NCBI GenBank assembly: GCA_963847445.1
Contig: CAWJZV010000025.1
Span: 1-64,000, forward strand
DNA length: 64,000 nt
Direction of reading: 5' to 3'
Origin: an uncultured delta proteobacterium
Lineage (GTDB): Bacteria > Desulfobacterota > Binatia > UBA9968
A program made the translations under genes and the position numbers. Shown one piece after another: positions 21,839-31,999 of this stretch. The notes beneath the pieces are model-generated. The model saw only the letters and a list, made by a program, of their open reading frames with translations, made no database searches and was not told where the DNA came from. Each line of letters starts with the position of its first letter. Within the stretch, counting starts at the first letter, position 1.

Positions 21839-23842
21839 ATGAAACTTAACCATCCATCCGCTGGCGAATCTGCTTCAGCGGAAACCCAAGGACGTGGAGA
21901 TTCCCCTCGAGCCGACCTTGGGCGGCAAATTTATTACCAACGTGACGATTGGGCGGCGTCGCTCAGCGGGCTTGATCCTGACTGGCAGATTCTGCCGCTG
22001 GCGGAGAGTTGCCCGGCCGAGGATTGCGGTCTTGCAGTGGTGTTTGTCGACCAGTTGGAGCGGCTCGGCGAAAGTTGGAGCGGGGCGATCCGCGACCATC
22101 GCGCGCGTTTGTTATACGTTGTTGAGCCAGGTGGCGGGGTCGTGCCGGACGCGAGCGGCCTGCCGATTTTCGCGGTTGTGCAGATCGCCGCGCCGGCGCC
22201 GGTCTTGGGCAGTCAGATTCGCACTGCCTTCGATAATCTTTTGCTGTCGCGCCGGCAGAGCGAGATTGAAAAACAAGTTCAGCGCACTCAGAGCGAGATC
22301 GACCGGCTCAATGAGATCGGCATCGCGCTGTCGTCTCAGCATGACCGCGAATCGCTGCTCAATTTGATCCTGCAGAAAAGCCGGGAGATCAGTCAGAGCG
22401 ATGCCGGGTCACTGTACTTGGTCGAGGACGACGGCGCCGGCGGGCGCCGGCTGCGTTTTACCCAGACGCAAAACGACAGCATCCAAGAGCCTATGGCCGA
22501 GACCTATTTGCCGATCGATCATGCCAGTATCGCTGGATACGTCGCGCTCACCGGCACGGAGTTGGTATTGGACGATGTTTATCAAATTCCTCGCGACTTG
22601 CCGTTCACTTTCAATGCCAGCTATGACGAGGAATACGGCTACCGCTGCAAATCGATGCTCGCCGTGCCGATGAAAAATCCCCAAGGGGAGATCATCGGCG
22701 TGGTGCAACTGATCAATTGCAAACGTGACGCGGCGCTCCGCGTTGACCAACGGAGCGTGGATGCGGTGGTGGTGCCCTTCCCCAAGCAATGCCGGCCGAT
22801 TTTGCGTTCCCTGGCGAGCCAGGCCGCAGTGGCGGTCGAGAACATCCGGCTCTATGAAAGCATCGAGACTCTCTTCGAGGGTTTCGTGCGCGCGTCGGTC
22901 ACGGCCATCGAATCGCGCGACCCGACCACGTCCGGCCATTCCTTTCGCGTCGCCGATCTGACCCTCGGGCTGGCGCAAGCCGTAGACCGCGCCGACACCG
23001 CGCCATTTCGCGATGTTCGCTTCAGCCGCGGTGAGATGAAGGAGCTGCGCTACGCCTCGCTGCTGCATGACTTCGGCAAGGTCGGCGTGCGCGAACAGGT
23101 GCTGGTCAAAGCCAAAAAGCTTTATCCCGGCCAGCTCGAACTGATTCAACAACGCTTCGCCTACGCGCGCAAAGCTTTGGAACACGCGCAGAGCGAACGC
23201 CAGCTTGCCTACCTACTCGACAAAGGGCGGGACGAGTTTCTGCGCCAGCAGCCGGGGTTCCAGGGCGAATTGGCAGCCGAGCTGCTGGAACTCGATGAGC
23301 TGCTCGGATTTATCGTTCGCTGCAACGAGCCGACGTTGTTACATGAAGGTAACTTTGCGCGCCTGGCCCTGGGGGCAGCGCGGCAAGTCGCCGACGCCGA
23401 TGGGCGACCCTTGGCGCTCTTGTTGCCTCAGGAGGCGCGCCTGTTGGCGATCCCGCAGGGCAGTCTCGACGAGGCGGAACGCTTGCAAATTCAATCCCAT
23501 GTCGATCACACGCAGAATTTCCTACGGCAAATCCCCTGGACCAAGGAGATCAAGAACGTCGCCGAGATCGCCGGGGCGCATCATGAGAAACTCGATGGCA
23601 CGGGTTACCCGCACAGTCTGGCGGCGCAGGATATCCCGATGCAGTCGAAGATGATGACCATCGCCGATATTTTCGACGCGCTGTCGGCCGGCGACCGGCC
23701 CTATAAACCGGCCGTGCCTTGGGAGCGGGCCCTCGATATCCTGCACGATGAGGCTAAGCGTGGGTTAGTCGACGATGCGTTGTTGGGGATCTTTCGTTCC
23801 GCCGAAATTTTCCGGTTGGCGAGGAATTGGAAAACCAACTGA
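21839..23842 (+). CDS. GAF + HD-GYP domain phosphodiesterase
   Basis: GAF (DAGSLYL, SIAGYVA, SMLAVPM, GVVQLIN); RDPTTSGHS, LLHDFGK, HHEKLDGTGYP, IADIFDAL..DRPYK. Confidence 0.92.
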   Translation: MKLNHPSAGESASAETQGRGDSPRADLGRQIYYQRDDWAASLSGLDPDWQILPLAESCPAEDCGLAVVFVDQLERLGESWSGAIRDHRARLLYVVEPGGGVVPDASGLPIFAVVQIAAPAPVLGSQIRTAFDNLLLSRRQSEIEKQVQRTQSEIDRLNEIGIALSSQHDRESLLNLILQKSREISQSDAGSLYLVEDDGAGGRRLRFTQTQNDSIQEPMAETYLPIDHASIAGYVALTGTELVLDDVYQIPRDLPFTFNASYDEEYGYRCKSMLAVPMKNPQGEIIGVVQLINCKRDAALRVDQRSVDAVVVPFPKQCRPILRSLASQAAVAVENIRLYESIETLFEGFVRASVTAIESRDPTTSGHSFRVADLTLGLAQAVDRADTAPFRDVRFSRGEMKELRYASLLHDFGKVGVREQVLVKAKKLYPGQLELIQQRFAYARKALEHAQSERQLAYLLDKGRDEFLRQQPGFQGELAAELLELDELLGFIVRCNEPTLLHEGNFARLALGAARQVADADGRPLALLLPQEARLLAIPQGSLDEAERLQIQSHVDHTQNFLRQIPWTKEIKNVAEIAGAHHEKLDGTGYPHSLAAQDIPMQSKMMTIADIFDALSAGDRPYKPAVPWERALDILHDEAKRGLVDDALLGIFRSAEIFRLARNWKTN

Positions 23843-23920
23843 GTTGGCCAATCCAGCAGTGGTCGTGAAACCTTGAGCGTGCGGCTTGGCCCGCGGGCGA
23901 CCCGCCGGTCGCATCTCCAG

Positions 23921-25009
23921 TTAAAAATGAAACAACCGCTGCGGATTTGCCGAGAGGATTTTCTCCATCGTCCTGTCGCTCAGATCGCCGCGCGCCTTTA
24001 AACCGTTGGCCAGCTGATCTTGGCGGAACGCGTCGCCATGGGGAAAGTCGGTGGCGGTGACGAGAAAATCGTCGCCGTTCTTGCCGATGATGTACGGCAG
24101 GTCGTCGTCCATGGCGCAGGATACGAAGACCCGTTCGGCGAGCCATTGATCGATCTTCGCGCCGTTCTGGCCGCGCAGGCCTTTGATCAGTTGCACTGTC
24201 CACTCCGAGCCGGCTTCCAAGAAAGCGACGCGCAGCTTGGGAAAATCTTCGAGCAGCTTAGAGCCGAGTATTTGTTGAAAGGCGTAGAGCACGTAAGGGC
24301 CGCTGACGATGCCTTTGCCCAAGGGATGGACATGGGGCTTGCCGTCTTCGTAGGTCGGCCGCGGCACGCCCTGGAACATTTCGCGGATCATCGGACTCGA
24401 ACCGTTGCCGACGTGGACCGTGACCGGTAAATCTTGATTCGCCGCCTCTTCGTAGATCGGCCAGTGATCGGGATGGGTGAGCGGCCGGTCCCATTCGATG
24501 CCGCGGGCATAGATGCCGGCGGCGCAGCCGAGAGTTTTTACCCGGCGAATTTCCTTTACCGCCAGGTCAGGACGGCGCCAGGGCACGACGGCGACGTAGC
24601 AAATTCTCCCGCCGGACTGGGCGCACTGAGTCGCCATGAATTGATTGTAGCTGCGCGCCAGCGCGGCTTCGAGTTCGACGTTCTCGGCCAAGCAGCCGAG
24701 CCAAATCGACGGAAAAACCACTTGGGTGTCGATGCCCAACTCGTCCATGTGGCGCAGGCGAGTTTTGACATCGCGCATTTCTTGCACCGGGATCGACACG
24801 TCTTTTTCGCCGGCGCGTTTCATGGTTGTTGGATTCGCGGCAAAGAAGCGCAGTTTGTAGTCGATCACCCAGGCGGCGTTATGCCAGCCGAAGCAGGTGT
24901 CTTCGGGAAACGTCACCGGGATCGGCCTTAATAAATAAAATTCCGGGTCGAGATATTGCCAAGTCTCGACACACTCTTCGACATGGGCGTCGCAATCGAT
25001 CACGCGCAT
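23921..25009 (-). CDS. Amidohydrolase_2 family protein
   Basis: IDCDAHVEE, VHVG, AFLEAG, TDFPH. Confidence 0.9.
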   Translation of the reverse strand: MRVIDCDAHVEECVETWQYLDPEFYLLRPIPVTFPEDTCFGWHNAAWVIDYKLRFFAANPTTMKRAGEKDVSIPVQEMRDVKTRLRHMDELGIDTQVVFPSIWLGCLAENVELEAALARSYNQFMATQCAQSGGRICYVAVVPWRRPDLAVKEIRRVKTLGCAAGIYARGIEWDRPLTHPDHWPIYEEAANQDLPVTVHVGNGSSPMIREMFQGVPRPTYEDGKPHVHPLGKGIVSGPYVLYAFQQILGSKLLEDFPKLRVAFLEAGSEWTVQLIKGLRGQNGAKIDQWLAERVFVSCAMDDDLPYIIGKNGDDFLVTATDFPHGDAFRQDQLANGLKARGDLSDRTMEKILSANPQRLFHF

Positions 25010-25206
25010 CGGTGTTTCCTTTTCTCTTTATGATTCACCGGACAAATTATGGCAGCGCGTCGGAGCTGTCAAATCGGCGGTTAACTTGACATCACGCGGC
25101 GCCAAGATTAGTTCGCGGTAAATTTCTCCAGCGCATCGGACGGCAACTTCTCTTCCTGCATGTCACGCGCTGGACACGAGGCGGGGGCAAAGGTTCTTGT
25201 GATCTC

Positions 25207-25340
25207 TTCCCCTTGGAAAGGGGGATCGAGGGGGATTTGGTGTGCGGTAGGGCGTTGTCTTGGTAGCAGCCAGATTGTCCTGTGGGACGATGGGTCGCGA
25301 GACGCAAAAAATCTCCCCTGCCCCTTGCCAAAGAGGGGTA
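25207..25340. repeat. REP-like inverted doublet (CCCCTT...AAAGGGGG)
   Basis: ccccttggaaagggggatcgagggggattt ... aaatctcccctgccccttgccaaagagggg. Confidence 0.65.
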
Positions 25341-25445
25341 CGGAGGATTGACAGGTTTTCAGTGGTTAACGAGTATCTGTCGTATCTTCTCGAGCCGGCG
25401 TGTTCAGACGCGACTTATGGGTAACGATTAGCGGCGGAAAGGAAA

Positions 25446-26568
25446 ATGATCATGATGAATCTCGGAGGATATCGGTCGTTAAAGTTGTTCTTGGCAGTTT
25501 GCCTCGGCGTCGCGATTCTACCGGGCGCGAATTCGATTAGCAGCCACGGTGGAAGACATTGCGCTGCTCAAGTCGCCGGGCCGCGAGAAGATTCTCGTCG
25601 AAGGCGCCAAGAAAGAGGGCAAGGTTACTTTCTATACCGGACTGATCGTCGATCAGGTGGTGCGGCCGCTCAAGGAGGCATTCGAGAAAGACTATCCGTT
25701 TATCCAGCTGGATTTTTTTCGCGGCAACTCGGAACGGGTCGCGCAAAAGATGCTGCTCGAATACCAGGCCAAACGTTTCGATGTCGATCTGATCAGCGGC
25801 AGCGGTTCGACGACGATGATCCAGCAGGCGGGCTTCATGCAGCGTTTCTATTCGCCGCAGCTGGCCGAGTACCCCAACGGAACTCAAAGATCCCAAAGGC
25901 TTTTGGGCGAGCAGCAACGTTTACTTCATGACCGCGGCTTACAATACGCGCAACGTGCGCCCGGCCGATGTGCCGAAGAGCTACGATGACTTGCTCCACC
26001 CGCGCTGGAAAGGGCAGATCATGTGGTCGACTGTCGCGGCTCGTGGTCCACTAGCCGCGGCTCAGGCGGGCCGCAGTTCATCGGCCACATTCTCCTCACC
26101 ATGGGACAAGAAGCCGGCAAGGCTTACTTACAAAAATTGAAGACGCAAAATATCGCCAAGACCACCGCCAGCGCGCGCCAGGTGCTCGACCTGGTGATCG
26201 CCGGCGAGTATCCGATGGCGCTGCAGATTTTCAATCACCATGCTTACATCAGCAAAGCCGCCGGCGCGCCGGTGGAGTGGCTGCCGTTGGAGCCGGTGAC
26301 CGCGACCATCAGCACCATCGGCCTGGCGAAAAACTCGCCCCATCCCCACGCGGCGATGTTGTTTCTCGACTTCATCCTGTCGCGCAAAGGCCAACGGATC
26401 ATGCAAGCGGCCAACTATCTGCCGTCCCACCCGGAGATCCCGGCACGCCAAGCCGATCTCAAGCCCGGCGGCGGACGATTCAAGCGCGCCAGCTACATCA
26501 CCCCGGAAGTGATGCATGAAAAGGCCAACGAGTGGACCGATTACTTTCAAAAAGAGTTCTTGCGGTAG
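25446..26568 (+). CDS. Extracellular solute-binding protein (Fe3+/thiamine-like), frameshifted paralog of 32000..33082
   Basis: EGAKKEGKVTFYTGLIVDQVVRP, AYNTRNV..DVPKSYDDLLHPRWKG, PHPHAAMLFLDF. Confidence 0.85.
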
Positions 26569-26602
26569 GACGAAGATTCCCGGGCGAAGACCGGATTCTG
26601 TT

Positions 26603-26685
26603 CACCACGAAGGCACGAAGGACACGAAGGTATTCGGAAGATTTATACTCCGAACATTCGTGCTCTTCGTGACTTCGTGCGTGAG
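26603..26685. repeat. Inverted repeat of 9-nt units (CACGAAG) with TTCGGA/TCCGAA core
   Basis: caccacgaaggcacgaaggacacgaagg tattcgga...tccgaacattcgtgctcttcgtgacttcgtg. Confidence 0.85.
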
Positions 26686-26721
26686 AATGGAATTTCTCTC
26701 CGCTGACTAGAATTACAATCG

Positions 26722-27885
26722 CTACTTGATGACATTCTCCGCGCGCAGGTCGCTCAACTGCGCGGCGCTCAAGCCCAAGACTTTTCCCAATACATCATCG
26801 GTGTGCTGGCCGAGCAGCGGGGCGTCGTCGCGGATGCTGGCTGGCGTCTTCGACATGTGAATCCACGGCGCCAGGAGTTTGGTCGGGCCGGCGACCGGAT
26901 GATTCCTGTCGATGAAGGCTTTGCGCTCTTTGATATGCTCGTCTTCGATGACTTCGCCCATCGACAGCACCGGCGCGCCGAAGTAGTCGATGGCGCGCAG
27001 CCCATCCCAAAGCTCTTGGCGCGGTTTGGTGGCGACAAACGCTCTGACTAGGTTGTAGAGCTCGCCGCGATTTTGTTTGCGCGCCGCTTCCGTCGCGAAG
27101 CGGGCGTCTTGCACCAGATCTTCGCGCCCCATGAATTTTGCCAGTTTGGCAAAGCCGTTGTCGCTTAGATCGGGCACGCGCAGCGTAAAATAGCCGTCCG
27201 CCGCCGGCACCGGCTTGTTGCCGATCTCGATGCCGATGAAATGCTCGTGCAATTCGCTGATCATGAAACCCATCAGCGCTTCCTGCATCGACACGACGAT
27301 TCTCTGCCCTTCGCCGGTCTTCTCGCGCGCGTGCAGCGCCGCGAGGATGCCGCAGACCATGCTGACGCCGGCGGCTTCGTCGCCGATGCCGATCGCCTTG
27401 GTGCCCGGCGCTTTGTTGTAGCCCCAGCCGGTGTGGGTCCAGCCGGTCATGCTGTTGTTGGTATGCGCCGTGCTGCCGTAGTCTTTGTACGGCCCCGACT
27501 CGCCGAAGCCGCGCGTGCAAGAGTAGATGAGGCGCGGGTTGATCTTTTTCAAATCTTCGTAGCCCAGGCCGAATTTCTCCATCTGCCCGGTGTGGTAGTT
27601 TTCGACCACGATATCGGCTTTGGCGATCAACTGTTGCGCCAGCTCGACGCCTTGCGCGGTCTTGAGATTCAGCACGACGCTCTTCTTGTTGACGTTGATC
27701 CAGAGAAATTCGTAAGCGTCGACTTTGGCGTCGGGCGGCATCCACGAGCGGCGAAAGCCGTCGCCGGCGGGCGGTTCGATCTTGATAATCTCCGCGCCCA
27801 GATGGCCGAGCAGCATGGTGCAGAAAGGGCCGTTCAAAGCATGGGTGAAATCGATTACGCGAATGTCATCTAGTGCGCCGGGCAT
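26722..27885 (-). CDS. CoA transferase family III (CaiB/BaiF)
   Basis: IRVIDFTHALNGPFCT..LGAEIIKIEPP.GD, NKKSVVLNLK, ADIVVENY, GFGESGPY, APLLGQHT. Confidence 0.93.
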   Translation of the reverse strand: MPGALDDIRVIDFTHALNGPFCTMLLGHLGAEIIKIEPPAGDGFRRSWMPPDAKVDAYEFLWINVNKKSVVLNLKTAQGVELAQQLIAKADIVVENYHTGQMEKFGLGYEDLKKINPRLIYSCTRGFGESGPYKDYGSTAHTNNSMTGWTHTGWGYNKAPGTKAIGIGDEAAGVSMVCGILAALHAREKTGEGQRIVVSMQEALMGFMISELHEHFIGIEIGNKPVPAADGYFTLRVPDLSDNGFAKLAKFMGREDLVQDARFATEAARKQNRGELYNLVRAFVATKPRQELWDGLRAIDYFGAPVLSMGEVIEDEHIKERKAFIDRNHPVAGPTKLLAPWIHMSKTPASIRDDAPLLGQHTDDVLGKVLGLSAAQLSDLRAENVIK

Positions 27886-27904
27886 GGGAACCTCCGTTTG
27901 GAAA

Positions 27905-27938
27905 AAGTATGAAGGATGAAGGCGGAAGGATGAAGTAT
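27905..27938. repeat. 7-nt tandem unit (ATGAAGG-like)
   Basis: aagtatgaaggatgaaggcggaaggatgaagtat. Confidence 0.55.
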
Positions 27939-28109
27939 CACCGCCGTCATCTCGTCTGGGAAATTATGTGGCTGGAACATAGCACGAATCGGCGCGCTGG
28001 CAACAGATTTCACCACGGCGAATTCGCCATGCAGGGCGGAGGAAAAACTTGACAGGGAGATGACGCGTGACTAGCGTCGTGCGATGTTAGCAATCGAACA
28101 GGAGAAGAT

Positions 28110-29084
28110 ATGACTAAGAAACTCTTCGCATCGCTCTATGCACCTTGCTCTTTGCGCATGCTTGTCCGCCCAGGCGCAGCAGCCAACGAAAATCCCGCGG
28201 ATCGGATACCTGGGTGCTACTTCGCCGACGGCGCCGCAGCACGCTCGACGCATTTCGCCAGGGGCTGCGCGAGCTTGGCTATGTCGAAGGAAAAAACATT
28301 CTCATTGAGTACCGCTGGGCGGAGGGAAGCTCGAACGCATGCCTGACCTTGCAGCTGAGCTGGTCCGTCTCAAAGTGGACGTGATCGTTACGGCCGGCCC
28401 GGCGGATACTAAAGGTGCTAAGCAAGCGACCAGCACGATTCCGATTGTCATGGGATTCGACAATGATCCGATCGGCAACGGCTTCGTCGCCAGCCTGGCG
28501 CGACCGGTGGAAACATCACTGGACTATCCACCTGGCGCCGGAGATAAGCGGCAAACAACTGGAGCTGCTGAAGGAAATCGTTCGTCGGCTTTCCCGCGTC
28601 GCCGTCTTCGGGACGTCGCGCCAGCCGGGCAACGCACAATCGTTGCAAGAGGTGGAACTCGCCGCCAAGGCGTTAAAGGTGAAGCTTCAATAGCTGGATG
28701 TGCTCGATCCCAAGGATATTGAGACCGCATTCCGCGCCGCCACCAAGGATCATGCTGACGCAATCCTCGTGCTGCAGACCCCTTGGCCTCGCTGCATCGC
28801 ACGCAGTTTGTCGACCTGGCGGTAAAGAACCGGCTCCCGGCGACCTATTCTAGGTCCGATTTCGTCGAAGCCGGCGGGCTCATGAGCTACGGCGCCAACT
28901 TTCCGGACTTGATGCGGCGCGCCGCGACCTATGTCGACAAGATTCTCAAAGGCGGACGCCCGCCGACTTGCCAGTCGAGCAGCCGATGAAGTTCGAGTTC
29001 ATCGTCAATCTGAAAGCGGCGAAGCAGATCGGTCTGACGATTCCGCCCAATGTACTGGCGCGAGCGGATCGGGTGATTAGATAA
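28110..29084 (+). pseudogene. ABC_sub_bind-type substrate-binding protein with several frameshifts and an in-frame TAG
   Basis: [60 protein letters not shown] at 28691, [29 protein letters not shown]. Confidence 0.8.
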
Positions 29085-29250
29085 ATGCTTGGAGTGATGG
29101 AGTAGTGGAGTCATGGAGTGTTGGGATTATTCAACGAATGACGTCGCTCCGATGGCCCGCTTAAACAACCTTAGCGAGGTCGTCGCAAGACCCTTTGCGC
29201 GTTCCTTGGTCACGGCGTAAACTATCGGTGTTGTTAAGGAGGGCCGCCCG

Positions 29251-29562
29251 GTGCTGAGTCAAACTCGTTACGAACACATCATGCTAAATGACGCCCAAGT
29301 GCCGATGATTGTTGGCACGACGATGAAAGTTACCGAGCTGGTGCTGGACCATCTGGCGTATGGGTGGAGTCCCGAAGAATTGCATTTTCAGCACCCCGAT
29401 CTGACTCTGGGGCAGATTCACTCGGCGCTGGCATATTACTGGGATCACAAAGCTGAACTTGACCAAGACATCGAGCGAAGGCTTCAGAGTGTCGACCAAA
29501 CTCAGCGACGGGTGGCATCCAATACATTGGCCGAGCGATTAAAGGCGCGCGGCCGGATTTGA
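29251..29562 (+). CDS. DUF433 family antitoxin
   Basis: PMIVGTTMKV...GWSPEEL...PDLTLGQIHSALAYYWDH. Confidence 0.9.
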   Translation: MLSQTRYEHIMLNDAQVPMIVGTTMKVTELVLDHLAYGWSPEELHFQHPDLTLGQIHSALAYYWDHKAELDQDIERRLQSVDQTQRRVASNTLAERLKARGRI

Positions 29563-29909
29563 TGTCGATTACCTTCTACATGGATCACCACGTTCCGCGG
29601 GCTATCACGCTCGGGCTTCGCCTACGTGACGCGGACGTAATCACCGCTTACGAAGACGGGACTAGCGAGCTTGATGACGCGGGTGTGCTGGACCGGGCCG
29701 GTGAACTGGGTCGAGTACTGTTCACCCGCGATGACGACCTGTTGGCTGAGGCGACAAAGCGACTACGAGAAGGAATCCCATTTCACGGCATCGTCTACGC
29801 GCATCAACTCCAAGCGTCGATCGGCAGGTGCGTGGAGGATTTGGATCTCATCGCCAAGGTCGGCGAGCCCGTCGATTTGATGAATCAAGTGCTGTTCTTA
29901 CCACTTTGA
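29562..29909 (+). CDS. DUF5615 PIN-like toxin
   Basis: FYMDHHVP...DAGVLDRA...RVLFTRDDDL...HGIVY; TGATG overlap with the DUF433 gene. Confidence 0.9.
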   Translation: MSITFYMDHHVPRAITLGLRLRDADVITAYEDGTSELDDAGVLDRAGELGRVLFTRDDDLLAEATKRLREGIPFHGIVYAHQLQASIGRCVEDLDLIAKVGEPVDLMNQVLFLPL

Positions 29910-29910
29910 G

Positions 29911-30017
29911 AATTTTGGATTTTAGATTGGGAATGCCAGGTAGCTTCATCAAGAGGTGTTGCTGATGGTGGGTGAATTTCTTTTCCGATAATCCAAGATC
30001 GAATATCGAAAATCCAC
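29911..30017. repeat. Inverted repeat of ~7-nt units (TTTTRGA / TCNAAAA) directly after the TA pair
   Basis: aattttggattttagatt ... aatccaagatcgaatatcgaaaatcca. Confidence 0.6.
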
Positions 30018-30038
30018 CATGGGCTGGCGTCTTCGCTC

Positions 30039-30455
30039 CTACGCCGGCTTAAACTTCGCCAACGTCACTTCGGGCGTCACGTCTTCGAACACCGCCTTGA
30101 CCGCCATGCCGACTTTGACATCTTGCCACGGGCAGCCGATGACGTTGCTGAGGAGCTGCACCCGTCCGTCGGTGCCGTCGATGGCGATATGGGCGACGAC
30201 GTAGGGGAGGTCGGGTTGAAAGGCGGCGACCGCGGCGTAGTGCACGACGACGAAGGTTGTGACCTTGCCGGTTTCCGCCAGGCGGGTCCATTCAAACTTC
30301 CACGAATAACACTCGGGACAAAACGCTTGGGGCGGCCAGCGGAACTGCCGGCAGTCGCTGCAGCGCTGGGCGCGCAGCTGGTGGAGTTTGCACGCATCCC
30401 AAAACGGTTGCGTGTCGACATCGGTGCGGGGCAGCGGTTTGGCGTAGGCGTTCAT
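30039..30455 (-). CDS. Zn-ribbon/OB-fold DUF35 protein
   Basis: PFWDAC...QRCSDC...PP..FCPEC...GKVTTFVVVH...PYVVA...VGMAVKAVF. Confidence 0.92.
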   Translation of the reverse strand: MNAYAKPLPRTDVDTQPFWDACKLHQLRAQRCSDCRQFRWPPQAFCPECYSWKFEWTRLAETGKVTTFVVVHYAAVAAFQPDLPYVVAHIAIDGTDGRVQLLSNVIGCPWQDVKVGMAVKAVFEDVTPEVTLAKFKPA

Positions 30456-30457
30456 AC

Positions 30458-31639
30458 TCAAGCCTTTCTCAGCAGCATGGCGCTGTCGACGCATTCGCCG
30501 CAGAGCAGCGCGATCTGCGGATCGCGCACCTGGCGGCAGGTGGCGCGGTCGTAGCTGTGCGGCCCGTCGCAGAGATCGTCGACGACGCCTTCGGGGCGCA
30601 GTTGCTGCACCGCTTCGATGAAATGGTTAAGGCCGGCGATATGTCCTTCGGACAACAGGCCGCCGTGGGTATTGACCGGCAGCGAGCCATCGAGGCGATT
30701 ATTTCCGGCGCGAATCCATGGGCCGATCTCGCCTTTGGTCACTACGCCCAAGTCTTCGAGATGGGTCATGCACATGAACGTGAACGGATCGTAAATCTCG
30801 GCGATGCTGACATCGCGCGGCGTGATGCCGGCGCCTTCGTAAAGCCGCGGCGCGGTGTTGACGCCATTGGTCTCCCACCAACCGGCGGTTGCGCTGGTGC
30901 CGCCGACGCCGGCCATGATGTAGACCGGCGCATGCTTCAAATCGCGCGCGCGCTCGGCGGAAGTCACCACCAACGCCACGGCGCCGTCGGTTTCCTGGCA
31001 GCAGTCGAACAGGCGAAACGGATAAATGATCCAGCGCGACGCCTGATGTTCTTCAATGGTCATCGGTTTGCGCATCATCGCCTTCTTGTTGAGCATGGCA
31101 TGGCTGCGCTCGGTGACGGCGAGGTGGGCGAAGTCGAAAGATGTCGTGCCGTAGCGCGCCATGTGGGCGGTGGCGTGGGGGCCGAAATGGGCCGCGGCAT
31201 GGTGCTGGCCGAAGGGCATCGTAAACTGATCGGGACCGCTCACGTCATGGGCGCGCTCGGTGCGCGCGGCGCGGCCTTCGCTGTAACGATTCTGCGCTTT
31301 GAACACCAGAACGTTCTTACAGACGCCCGAGTGCACCAGCATCGCCGCGGATAATACCGCGGCGCAGTTCCAACCGCCGCCGCCGTCGCTGTAGAGCTGA
31401 AAGTTGCAATTCTTGATGCCCAACATCTGCGTCAGCTCGGCCACCTCTTTAGACTCCGGCCGCTTGTGAAAATACGAAACGACGCCGTCGATATTCTGCA
31501 CCTCAAGTCCGGCATCGGCGATGGCGTTGAGACTCGCCTCTGCGGCGAGCGTCAGCGTGCGCACTCCCGACTTGCGTGTAAACGCCGTCCAGCCGATACC
31601 GGCGATGGCGGTTTTGTCTTTGATGGCTTGTTCCGGCAT
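30458..31639 (-). CDS. Thiolase-like/lipid-transfer protein (Ltp2-type), partner of DUF35
   Basis: TAIAGIG, PFRLFDCCQETDGA, AEIYDPFT, LPVNTHGGLLSEGH. Confidence 0.9.
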   Translation of the reverse strand: MPEQAIKDKTAIAGIGWTAFTRKSGVRTLTLAAEASLNAIADAGLEVQNIDGVVSYFHKRPESKEVAELTQMLGIKNCNFQLYSDGGGGWNCAAVLSAAMLVHSGVCKNVLVFKAQNRYSEGRAARTERAHDVSGPDQFTMPFGQHHAAAHFGPHATAHMARYGTTSFDFAHLAVTERSHAMLNKKAMMRKPMTIEEHQASRWIIYPFRLFDCCQETDGAVALVVTSAERARDLKHAPVYIMAGVGGTSATAGWWETNGVNTAPRLYEGAGITPRDVSIAEIYDPFTFMCMTHLEDLGVVTKGEIGPWIRAGNNRLDGSLPVNTHGGLLSEGHIAGLNHFIEAVQQLRPEGVVDDLCDGPHSYDRATCRQVRDPQIALLCGECVDSAMLLRKA

Positions 31640-31706
31640 CAAACTGCTCCTGAAAAAATTAGCTGCGAGTCTAGGTCTCTGCAGCGTGCGGCGCCGTGAT
31701 TCCGGC

Positions 31707-31783
31707 GTAGGATGGGTGGAGCGTTAGCGATACCCATCGTTTCCCAAGGTGGGTATCGGCGCTTTGCGCCTCCACCTACCTAC
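31707..31783. repeat. GTAG-type REP inverted doublet
   Basis: gtaggatgggtggagcg...atacccatc ... gtgggtatc...cctccacctacctac. Confidence 0.75.
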
Positions 31784-31999
31784 AAAGTTCGACTGTGAAA
31801 CGGTTGTCCTGCCAATCTGGCCGGACCTTACCACGAATCCGCGGACTGGCAAGAGAAATTCAGCGCGAGCGTTTTTCGCGCTACCGGGGCAACCAATCCT
31901 TGACAGCAAGGCGACGGCGGGTCTAGCTTGCGCCATGAAGTTGTTGACGACTGATTTGGCAAGATGATCGCCTCAACCGCGGTCCGAGGAGGAACGATT

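Noticed and set aside
28691-28693. In-frame TAG as possible pyrrolysine or read-through
   Set aside because: The gene also has multiple frameshifts, the position is a non-catalytic SBP site, and no pyl genes are present; a nonsense change or error is more likely.
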